DNA of 62,921 nucleotides, counting the filler, from Octopus bimaculoides (taxonomy: Eukaryota), in NCBI RefSeq assembly GCF_001194135.2. It is 4 parts of 4 records of this genome, joined end to end, with 100 filler letters (N's around TTAATTAATTAA, not from the genome) between each part and the next. Parts side by side here need not be neighbours in the genome. Positions count along the whole stretch, not along the records: positions 41,954 to 52,946 come from NC_069008.1; positions 53,047 to 62,921 come from NC_068989.1; 2 more parts are not named here. One strand, written 5' to 3'. Position 1 is the first letter of the stretch, and each line of letters starts with the position of its first letter. The position numbers and the translations under genes were made by a program. Under the pieces are notes generated by a model. It was not told the DNA's origin. It did not search any database and saw only the letters and a program-made list of their open reading frames with translations. Positions 52,904 through 62,921 of this stretch are shown here, one piece after another.

Positions 52904-54169
52904 TGTATGTATGTATAAATGTATTTATATATGTATGTATGCATAANNNNNNNNNNNNNNNNNNNNNNNNNNNNNNNNNNNNNNNNNNNNTTAATTAATT
53001 AANNNNNNNNNNNNNNNNNNNNNNNNNNNNNNNNNNNNNNNNNNNNATAAGCATAACAGTATAACAGTTATGGGGGAAAACATCAGATCATGTGAATTTT
53101 CCGAAGTCCTCTCCCCACCCTCTCGGAAAAGATTTTCCCTATAAATTTCTTTATAATCATAATCTATGCTGTTTGAAAGGTATTTCTATGAACTTTCATT
53201 AAAAAAATCTCATTTTCCTCAAAGTTATGAGGGAAAAACTCAGATCTTGTGAATTTTCTGAAGTCCTGTTCCCCTCACCCCATTGCTTTCCATGCATTTT
53301 TGTATTCATATTCGTTTCCTACACTTTTTTTACACCCATTGCACTATTTTTTTAAAATTTCATTTCCAGGTAATATTGTAAACATTAACCAAAATGTTTT
53401 AAAATTAGTATCGACATAAGGTTCCAACCCTAATCCTTTCTTCAAAACTGGTTTCAAATTTTGGCAAAAGACCAGCAATTTTTAGGAATGGGATTGGTAC
53501 TTTTTTTATCAACCCCAAAAGGATAAAAGGCAAAGTCAACGTCAGCAGAATTTGTACTCAGGACGTAAGGACGGATGAAATACCGTGAAGTATTTTCTCC
53601 TGTGTACTAACAATTTTGCCAGCTCAACGCTTTATATTAAAAGTGCTAACATCATTGCTATTTCACATTTTTTAAAGCATTATAACTGTGACCATTCCAT
53701 CTTTATAAAATAGCATTGCAAACATCATCATCTTGTTTTTTTATAAGCACTCTAACCGTGACCATCCAACCATGACTACCAATTTTGATTTTGGTTTTAG
53801 TGTTTAAAGCATGCACACTGACCATCACTTTTTATGAAGTATTTTGGGATCTTTTCTATTAGACTTTCCCTTTGCAATTCCTTTAATTTTGTTCCAATTA
53901 TTTTCAAATTTAATGTAATGATATAGTTTTGTATGCTAATTATGGAAATGAAATTCATTTTTGTCATAAATTAGTAAATAAAAAAGTTAATAGCTTTAGA
54001 CTTTGCAAATTTTGGGTAATTTTAGCCAATCATGAGCTTCAGGCACATTGGTACCTCTTTCCATGGTAACAAATAAAGCTGCTGTCTGTTTAAAACTACT
54101 ATAATCACTATGTACCTATATACTGAACTTCCATTTTTTTCATTTTCTCTACAAAATATATATTGTTTA

Positions 54170-54630
54170 CATGTTTGGTAATTTTTCACAAAAAAATTTC
54201 AATGTAGATTTTTCCTTTTAAAATTATTTACATGCCTGTTCAAAAGTTTGTTTTGCATTTTTTTATCAGTTAGAAAAACTAATGGGTCTTTTCTGTCAGT
54301 TTATGAAATTTTAAAATAAAGTGAACATTTTCAAATTTGATATGTTGTAATCTCACTGAATTTGATTTTTGAAAGGTGTTCAATAAAATTATGCTGCTGG
54401 AACAAGTGAATAACTACATACATCAGATTCAGCGTGAAAAATTACATCAATATACCAAATTTGAAAATTTTCACTTCATTTTAAAATTTCAAAATGTGAA
54501 AGCCAATCAGAAAAGATCCAAGTTGTTAATTTCTGTTTAAAAAAAATATTAATGTGATTTTCATCATCAGCATGTGAAACTACGTCAAAACTACATTTAA
54601 AAAAAAATCATATGGTGAAAATTTGAAAAT
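54170..54630. mobile_element. AT-rich diverged fold-back element
   Basis: The core arms 54299-54367 and 54421-54495 are reverse complements (TGAAATTTTAAAAT.AAGTGAA.ATTTTCAAATTTG). Weaker pairing extends outward. Confidence 0.65.
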
Positions 54631-55144
54631 CTTCAAGTGGTTGGAAGAATTTAGAATCCCACTATTTTTAAGAGCATGACAACTGTGATTATCTTGTTTT
54701 TTTTTAAACCATTCCAGTTATAACTCTAGATTGTTCAGAAACGTTCCAACTGTGACTATCTATCTTTATAAAAAGATTTGCATTAGAAGAGATCCAACTA
54801 TGAAAATGTCTTTCTAAAAGTATTTTATTCATGATTTTCTTGCATTCCAAATGTTACTATCCTATTTTTTCCCCAAGCCTTCCCCACCAAAAAAGAATGC
54901 TTCTAATCATGTCTATCCAGTAATTTTTTATAAGGAATCTTCAATCATGTTTATATTTGGTGTCCAGCATTATATTGAAAAGCTTTTGCTGACTCAGTCC
55001 ACTTGTAAAAAGTTATTGTTATGCATACAACTTAACTCAGAAAGTAGTGGAAGCACTATGTAAATGATAGCTTCTAGTGCAGTGTTCAAGTTTTCCAGTA
55101 AGTATGTCCCTTGATAAAAATACTCACACTAGCAATATTTAATT

Positions 55145-55855
55145 AAGCTTATAAACTTAAAGGTGATTCCAAAGAGAGAAATAATTACAGACGTATCAAA
55201 TTGCTGGACCAGTTCCTGAAAGTTACAAAGTGTCATAACATGACTTAAAAAGAGGATTGGACTAGATTAAACAGTTCACTTTTATACCTGCAAAAAGTTC
55301 TACTAATGCTCTCTTCATAGTAAGGCAAATGCAGGAGGAGTATTTAGTCAAAAGTATACTGCTGTTCTGGGCATTAATCAACCTAGAGAAAGTCTTACAG
55401 AATCCCTCACTCCCAGATCTGGAGATCACTGTGGAAGCTAGGAGTGGGTGAATGGCTGGTGAGAATTGTAAAGGAATGCTATCAGTAAGATAATACAACA
55501 GTGAATGTAGGGTGCAGGTAGAAGTTCACCAGGGCAATTTTCTTTCCCCTCTTATTCATCACTGTCTTCTAAGTCATAACAGGGAAATTTAAGATCTGCC
55601 CTTGGGAGCTATTATATGCTGATGACCTTATTCACACAGCGGATTCTATAGTAGACTTAGAAAAAAAATTCCCAGTGTGGAATCAAAGGGCCTAAAAGTT
55701 AACTCAGCAAAGACCAGAATTCTAGTAAGCAGGAAAGTAGATAGGAATTTGCTCCCGTCAGGTAAATTACCCAGTTTGATTTATAGAAAAGGTGTAGATA
55801 GTAATTCCATACTGTGTATCCAGTGTAAACTATGGACACATAAGAGGTGCAGTGC
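55145..55855 (+). mobile_element. RTE-clade LINE reverse transcriptase fragment
   Basis: Decayed RT motifs: NYRRIKLLDQ, QFTFIPAKSSTNALFIVRQMQEEYL, VHQG..LSPLLF, ELLYADDL, GLKVNSAKT, CIQCKLWTHKRCS. Confidence 0.88.
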
Positions 55856-56289
55856 AATCATTGTCATCATCATTCAACATTTGTTTTCCATGCTGGCATA
55901 GATTGGACAGTTTAACAAGAGCTGACAAGCCAGTGGGCTGTACCAAGCTCTATTGTCTGTTTTGGCATAGTTTCTACAGCTGGATGCCCATCCTAATGCT
56001 AACCATTTTACAGAGTGTACTGGGTGTAATGGTATGTGTGGTGACGCTATTGAAGATTGTGCATGTGAGGATGATGGTGTGTTGTGTGGGTGCTGAGAAG
56101 TGTGTGTGGAGTGGGACAGTGTTGTGGGTGTGTCTCTAATGGTGTGTGAAGTGAGTGATGAGTCAAACAGTGTGTATGGGTGTGTGTATAGTGGTGCATG
56201 TGGGTGAGGGTACCGAGGTGGGCAGTATGCAGATGTGTAGGTGGAGGGTGTGGAAGATGAGTGGGAATCCATGTGGGATTGGTGTCAAA

Positions 56290-57640
56290 TGAAGAGAGGA
56301 AGTGAGGTTGGTGAGTTGAGCCCATGTGTCGCAAAGGAACAAAGAGAGAAGATTAATTTCTGTTCACAGTGAAGGTGGTGGTGTTGGAGAGGTAAGGGCC
56401 GGTGCGCCAGCATGGGTGGGAACAGGGGAAGGAGCCAGACTGGAAGGCAGTGGTAGGGAAGAAACTGTGGACCAGGAGGTCATGGGCTTGTTTGAAGGAG
56501 GGAAGGGGTAGGTTAGGGAAAATGTGCAAGGTGGAGGGGTTGAACTGGAGTTGCTGGAAGGCTCGGAGAATGGTGTATTGGACAGGTAGGGTGAAGAGGT
56601 GAGGGGAAACAAGAGATAGGTAAAGGTGGGGCAGATATGAAGAGAAAGAGCAGAGGCATGGTCCACAGATTGTTCCAAGGCAAGGGCAGTGTGGATAATG
56701 ATATTCATGTTGGATGAAGTGGCGAGCCATGAGTTGAGAATGAGTCTCAAAGTCATGGTTATCACTGCAGAACCAGCATAGATGGAGGAATTGGGAGTAG
56801 GGGATGGAGAGCTGGGTGTGGGTAGGGTGGGAGGAAGAGAAGTTAAGGTAGGAGTGTGAGTCAGTGTGTTTGTAGTGGTTGGAGGTAGTGAGAGCAGAGA
56901 GCTGACAGAAAATGTCAAGAAATTCAACGGAAGAGTTAGAGATAGTGCAGGAGAATTCGAGGGCAGGATGGAAGGATTGGACAAAGGAGAGGAAGCAGTC
57001 TAGTTGTTCACAGGAGAGTGAGGTTGTGCCAATTCAGTCATCGATATAATGACCGTATAGCTTGGGAGTGGGACCAGTGAACTGTGAGAATATTGGGGCC
57101 TCAACGTAGCCAACAAACAGGTTCACATAGTTGAGGCCACTCTTGTTCCCATGGCCACTCCCGAGATCTGTTGGTAAAACTCCCCTGTGAACAAGAAGCA
57201 GTTGAGGGAGAGGACAAGTTCAGCAAGACGAAGAAGTGCGGAGGTGTAAGGTTGAGGGTCAGGCCGAAGGTCTAAAAAGTGCAAGAAGTCCTTCGTTGTG
57301 TGGGATCACAATATATAAACTTTTGATATCAAGAGTGAAGTTGAGAGGGGCCAGAAGGGAAGGAGAAAGAGTTAAACAGACGGAGAGCATGGTTGGTATA
57401 GTGCATGTGGGAGGGGAGGGAAGCTACTAGGGGACAAGGACATGGTCAACGTATTTGGAGATCGTTTTCGTGGGACAGTTGTAGGCGGAGACGATGGGGC
57501 GGCCAGGGTTGTTGGGTTTGTGTATTTTGGGAAGGAAATAATGGGGATGCGTGGAGTATGGACAATGAGTTTGGAGGCGGTGGGAGGGGGGGAAGAAGGA
57601 AATGAAGGCACGAATAGTAGAGGACACCGTATTTAAGAAT
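56290..57640 (-). mobile_element. Penelope-like element (decayed, internally deleted)
   Basis: Motifs seen: YFLPKIHKPNNPGRPIVSA..CPT..ISKYVDHVL, LDIKS, LLRLAELVLSLNCF, FYQQISGVAMG and downstream GSFPCSHP..RTGPYLSNTTTF. Confidence 0.92.
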
Positions 57641-57844
57641 TTGTTTCGCTCACTATGATACAAGAGATTTTTTTTTTGTTTTGGTAACCGGGAGTTAAAA
57701 TAAACATTAACCCAAAAATTTTTTTAACATATTTGAATCAAGAAAATTTCCTTCAATTCAATTACTCTCAATGTATTTTCGTAATATCCTCTTGTAGCAA
57801 ACACGTCAATCAGCAACTGATAAACAATTTACGAAGGTTATGCA

Positions 57845-58169
57845 ATGCTCCGCTATCAGTTGTTTTTTCAACAGACTGTCTTTACGCCGCGATCAGTGAG
57901 ACTGTCACAATCAGCAAACCGTATTTGCAACTGTTCTCAGCGACTATATAGCACGACTGCAATGTCAGCCAAAGGTAGCAAAGTGTACATCACCAGTCTA
58001 GTCCCCCAGAATGGCGTTACTTTATTGAAAGAGGCCGGCTGCGTGATATCGCAGTGGCCACAGGAAGATGGTGTTCCTCGAGAACAGTTTCTTAAAGACG
58101 TTGTTGGTGCTGATGCTTTGTATTGTACCTTATGTCAAAAGATCGACAAAGAACTTCTCCAGGCTGCTG
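57845..58169 (+). CDS. GRHPR: First coding exon of glyoxylate reductase/hydroxypyruvate reductase (D-2-hydroxyacid dehydrogenase family), with N-terminal extension
   Basis: From M40 the ORF (SKVYITSLVPQNGVTLLKEAGCVISQWPQEDGVPREQFLKDVVGADALYCTLCQKIDKELLQAAG) aligns by eye to the GRHPR N-terminus (MKVFVTRRIP...QWDSDEPIP...[22 protein letters not shown]). It ends at a phase-1 donor G|GTAAAG (58170) in the G codon of AAG, where I recall human GRHPR also has an intron. An in-frame upstream stop lies at 57818-57820. No exon 2 was found in the window. Confidence 0.88.
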
Positions 58170-58254
58170 GTAAAGTACTTGTTTAATTATTTTCTCATTC
58201 ATATGTTAAGTGGAAATTAAAACGCTATCTATCAAAAGGAGGTTATTTTATTTA

Positions 58255-58333
58255 CAATTTTTTAATTTTGATATTTGTTTTACAATACAACCTCAATTTT
58301 TAATTTTGATATTTGCTTTACAATACAACCTCA
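58255..58333. repeat. 38-bp tandem duplication
   Basis: CAATTTTTAATTTTGATATTTG(T/C)TTTACAATACAACCT occurs twice. Confidence 0.9.
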
Positions 58334-58378
58334 TACAGTCTGTTTAAACAAAGCTAACAAACATTTACGGCAAATATC

Positions 58379-58475
58379 GGCGGAAGTAAAGAATACGTAC
58401 ACCACTCGTTTTCAGCATAACAAAAACACTAACCTTAACCCTAAAAACCGTGTGTACGTATTCTTTACTTTCGCC
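58379..58475. mobile_element. Second copy of hairpin family 1, opposite orientation (GRHPR intron)
   Basis: A perfect 19-bp inverted repeat AAGTAAAGAATACGTACAC (58384-58402 / 58452-58470) has CTAACCTTAACCCTAA in the loop. The interior is homologous to the reverse complement of 28850-28965. Confidence 0.85.
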
Positions 58476-59042
58476 CAAATACCAATGTGTAATTCGGCCT
58501 TGTAATTTCATTATTTCATATCTTGGAAACGATTGAAAGATAGCCTTTTTTGTCTTTGGAAACATTTTTCTCACAATAGAAAAAAAAGGTATGGTTTCAG
58601 AGTGTATTGATTGTAGATTATGAAAAAGGAAATAGCGTATTGATGTAAAATACTGGTATGCATGTTAGAGTAACAAAGACATATACCACACAACTATACA
58701 CTTGATAAAAGATAGTACATAACTATAACAATGAATGAATGAATATGATATCTCCCACAAAAAACCTGACAACTAGGCGGAATTATGCTTGGAGATAATT
58801 TGTAGGGGAAAAGGAAATGTGAATTTGCAGAGTTTATACTTTTTGCAAACCATTATATAAACTTATTCATATTTGATATTAAATGACATTGTTTTACTGA
58901 TCCCAGTCACTGCGCAACTTTTATTAGCCTGTATCAATTTCAGTCTGGTACTTATCTTTCACTTGATATATCTTCAGAGTAAAGGATTACTTTTATTTTA
59001 TAGAGCTTCGAATCGTCGAATTAAATCTTATGAATCAACACC

Positions 59043-59678
59043 GGTTTGTATTTTTTTTTAGGTCAAACTCCAGCAAAAAAACGAAAAAAAAAAAGGGGGC
59101 AATAGGTGTAAAACAACATATAGTAAACGAATATGAAAAAAAAAAAATGCGCGCTGGCGAACGAGGGGTGGCGGAGAGGACTCGGAACATTCACATCGGG
59201 AATGTTCCGAGTCCTTTCACCACTTCCAAGTTCGTCGGCGAAAATTTTTTTCTTTATATTCGTTTGCTACACATTATTTTATACCTAGTACACTATTTTA
59301 TTTTTCAATTTTTGTGACGGGCGGGGCGGACCTATTACACTATTTTTTTCATTTTTGTGACCGGGTGTCGAAGTGAGGTTACTGGATCGTGTGAATTATC
59401 CGAGTCCGCACCCCACGTCACAAAAATTGAAAAAAAAAAATAGTGTACTAGGTGCAAAATAATGTGTAGTAAACGAATATGAAGAAAAAAATTTCACCGA
59501 CGAATACGGATGTGGTAAAAGGACTAGGAACATTCCCGATGTAAATTTTCCGAGTCCTCTCCCCCGTTCGCCAGCGCAAATTGTTTTTCATATTTGTTTA
59601 CTACATGTTGTTTTACACCTATTGCACTTTTTTTTTTTGCTCGGGTCAAACACTGCAGTTTGACCTTATTTTACAACC
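59043..59678. mobile_element. Palindromic MITE-like element with nested hairpins (GRHPR intron)
   Basis: Arms of about 270 bp are reverse complements (GCAATAGGTGTAAAACAACAT, GCGCTGGCGAAC, CCTAGTACACTATTTT). An internal 16-bp perfect stem lies at 59177-59215. Confidence 0.9.
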
Positions 59679-59928
59679 TGTCTCTTTCCTCCCTTCTCTC
59701 TTTCTCTCAAACACAGATATGCAGGCATCCATTCTCCGTCCAGCCACCAGTGAGATGTGCTGGCGCAGAGAGTCATTTAAATGTTTTTGAACTATGCCGA
59801 CCTAAAGAAGCCGAGACCTGTAAAATAGTTCTTTTTCTCTTTTTACAAAGAAAGCACAGCAGAATTTCGGACCAGTACGCCCATATAAGTTGGATTTTCT
59901 CTGTTTTGACGGGGATTTTTCCAAATTC

Positions 59929-60551
59929 GCATTCTTTCGTTTGAAGCAGCATAGTTGTCAAACTCGACCATATGGGATATGATTGTTCGTTAATTTCTAT
60001 GAAAATGTTTTATTTCTTTACTCCTCTTTGGAAGGCGACATTTTCGTTGAAGTGAGAGCAGAAAGTGAAAGATGTATGTAAGTATATGAAATCGACGTGT
60101 GTGTGTGTGCGTGCGTGCATGTATATGTGTGTGTGAGGGAGAGATAGATAGATAGAAAGCGATATAGTGAGTGAGTGAAGGTGTGTTGTATGTATTTTTT
60201 TGCATGTATGTGTAAGTGGCACTCTCTCTCTCTCTCTCTCTCTCTCTTACACACACACACTCACACACACACACGCTATGTAAGATAATGTGTGTGTGAG
60301 AGAGAGAGAAAGTGCCACTTACACAATATATGCCAAAAAATACATGACAACACACGCCTTCACTCTCTGTCTCACACACACACACCATTCCATATACACA
60401 TACATACATCTTTCAATTTCTGCTCTCACTTCAAAGCAAATGTCACCTTCCAAAGAGGAGTAAAGAAACAAATGTTTTATAGAAATTAACAAACAATCAT
60501 GATCCCATATGACTGAGTTTGACAACTATGCTGCTTCAAATGAAAGAATGC
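59929..60551. mobile_element. Palindromic MITE-like element with microsatellite-containing arms (GRHPR intron)
   Basis: The termini GCATTCTTTCGTTTGAAGCAGCATAGTTGTCAAACTC and GAGTTTGACAACTATGCTGCTTCAAATGAAAGAATGC pair, and complementarity continues to about 60280. Confidence 0.9.
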
Positions 60552-60879
60552 TTCCTATGTTCTATCACTATACAAGGAGGGTGGTAACAGCTTTTTATTA
60601 AAAACATTCTTTTGAAAATCTATGAATTTTTTTTACACTCCTCGCTACCTGCTCCAGACTGATTTTGGCCAATTTTTTTGGCCACCTTATGCACTTAAAA
60701 ATCATGAGAGAAGCCTTTTCGGTAAAAAAAAGAAATTGAAAATATTTTCAGATGAAAAGATGTGTGATTTAAGGGAGATTTAGCTGTTATTTCTAGCACA
60801 TCCCACTAACACCTTGTACCTGTTAGGTAAAAAAACAAAAAAACAAACAAAACAAGCAGTTTACAAGTAAAGTTTCAAA

Positions 60880-62520
60880 CCAATTTCACCATCTTCTGTT
60901 AGCTATTCCTAAGCAACAGACTTCATTGATGAAAATGGAAGGAAAACCATCCCTTCTCATGATAAAAGTTATCAATGATATCGTTGAAGAATGTATGAAA
61001 AATGTAAAAACTCGTATTGGAATATCCATACTTGTCTGTGTACTGCTGCTGCTATTCTGGATAAACATCTGGGAGATATTTGTACAACACGTGGCAATGA
61101 GATAACACATCACAAACAACCCAAGCAGATAATGACACTAGAAGAGAGCATAAAGGATTTACACCTCAGAATAGGGATGGTAGTTAAATGCTAGTATAAA
61201 GTGTAAAGCTAGCTGTTAAGTTCACTACACACCAACAATACCTCCTGAGAAAACTAATGAAAATGTGTGGAGATTCTACTACAAATCTTGAAGGAAAATT
61301 AATAGCTCTGAAATATGAACTCAAGACTTCAAGTGTAAAACTCTGCTCCTGACAAAAAGAAAAAGAAAAAAAGCCAGGATAAACCACAAGTTCACTTTTA
61401 ACCCTACAAGCTGTATACAACGAAATGAGGGGAAAATAAAGTCATTCTGGGTGAAGATCTGGAATAGCAGTAAAGACTTACTCCTGGTTTGATTACAGAA
61501 AAGCATTTAGTTCTGTTCCCTACTCACAGCTACTGAAGTGACTATAGCTGGTAATAGTATTTGCTACCTTAGTTGTTTCCATTGAAAGGTGCACAAAGAC
61601 CTTGTTGACAATCCTCACACTGAAAGTAAAACAACTGATGTTATTAATATTTCCATAGAAATCCACTGAGTATGTCCTAGGGTTTGCAACAAGGTATATG
61701 AATATATCCCATAATTGCTTTGTGGACAGTCTAAAGATCTATATCCTAAATACATTTAATGCCAAAAAGCAATGGGATCTAATTAGAACATTTTCTTCTG
61801 TTATAAGAATGGAAAACAAGAAATTTTCACCTGGAAAAATTGTTCCCCAAACCCTAAAGCTGTGCATCAATGGTCTATCTATCTCTCCTGTTCCATAAAG
61901 CACCTACTACAAATATCAAGGTATTAATAAAAATGTATCATATAAAGGTACTGTAAACAGGAATAGAGTAACCAAAGAATATTACACCAGACTTATGCAG
62001 TCTTATAAGGTGCAATGCATTTGCAGTACTCCTACTGATATTGATATTTGGGACACATGACCATTCTATAGAAGAAATCTGCTCCATAGAAATAAGAACC
62101 TGCAATGACACTGACTGCAAATTTCCACAAAAACAGTAACATTGACAGACTATCTCAGAAGGAAAGAGGAAGGGCTTAAGATCTGTGCAGGCAGCCTTTG
62201 AGTGCTGCATGATATTACTTAGAGAGTGCCTTCTAAACAAGAGCAGCAAAAATGAATAAATCAACCAAATGCTGAAAAATGAAGTGAATGCATCAAGAAA
62301 CACTCATTTTCTGATGATCTCCCATATGAACTCAGAAGTTCAGGGCTTGCTTATCTCTGCAAAGACCTGAAAGAGAAACATTTTACATACCATAAAAAGG
62401 TTATGCATGGGTGTTTCCTTTCCTGAACGCATTACTACTACATTACATCACATCTTGAAGACATCTTTTGGAATTCAAGGGCAGGAAATATGAAATGTTT
62501 CATGGACAAATGATACAGTG
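60880..62520 (+). mobile_element. Highly decayed R4/Dong-type (RLE) non-LTR retrotransposon in the GRHPR intron
   Basis: Remnants of clade-typical motifs occur in the expected order: KSFWVKIWN, ISHNCFVDSLKIY (cf. VPHSWIIECLKIY), IRTFSSVIRME, NFHKNSNIDRL..KERGR (cf. SDVDRLYLPRKEGGRG), KVMHGCF (cf. KxLHGQF). Confidence 0.7.
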
Positions 62521-62583
62521 AAGTACTTAAAAACCTAAAATGCAAACTACAAACGTTGGTCATACTACTCTTCTGTGGAGGGG

Positions 62584-62921
62584 ATCATCATCATCATCAT
62601 CATCGTTTAACGTCCGCTTTCCATGCTAGCATGGGTTGGACGATTTGACTGAGGACTGGTGAAACTGGATGGCAACACCAGGCTCCAATCTAATTTGGCA
62701 GAGTTTCTACAGCTGGATGCCCTTCCTAACGCCAACCACTCAGAGAGTATAGTGGGTGCTTTTACGTGTCACCCGCACGAAAACAGCCATGCTCGAAATG
62801 GTGACTTTTATGTGCCACCCGCACAAGCCAGTGCAGGGGCACTGGCAACGATCTCGCTCGAAAATCCTACGGGAGCCAGTCAGGCGGTACTGGCAACGGC
62901 CACGCTCAAAATGGTGCATCT
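62584..62921 (-). mobile_element. RTE-tail-type SINE (family C), young copy running off the window
   Basis: CATCATCATCGTTTAACGTCCGCTTTCCATGCTAGCATGGGTTGGACG...GGATGCCCTTCCTAACGCCAACC. Confidence 0.82.

Overview
Repeat-saturated, gappy eukaryotic DNA, roughly a quarter N. It is most likely from a coleoid cephalopod (Octopus-like); this is inferred from the SINE families, the extreme microsatellite load and the RTE/Penelope content, not from a database hit. The only recognisable host gene is the first coding exon of a glyoxylate/hydroxypyruvate reductase (GRHPR, + strand, 57845-58169). It carries a predicted 39-aa mitochondrial presequence, and the rest of the gene lies beyond the window. The remainder is tRNA-derived SINEs, decayed LINEs (RTE, R4/Dong, an L1/Tx1-type ORF1), Penelope-like elements, Tc1, hAT and Chapaev remnants, and many fold-back (palindromic) elements. 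The most notable observations are: (1) a TA-flanked ~2 kb Tc1 derivative built from two inverted 3' halves with DD35E spacing; (2) small hairpin elements with telomere-like TTAGGG loops; (3) a minimal hammerhead-ribozyme-like motif in a probable Penelope terminal fragment; (4) an apparently ORF1-only LINE whose middle contig is mis-ordered in the assembly; (5) possible dual mitochondrial/cytosolic initiation of GRHPR; (6) stacked fold-backs in the GRHPR intron. I see no demonstrably new multi-gene system; the candidates are mobile-element and RNA-structure phenomena. SINE and fold-back boundaries were read by eye and are approximate.
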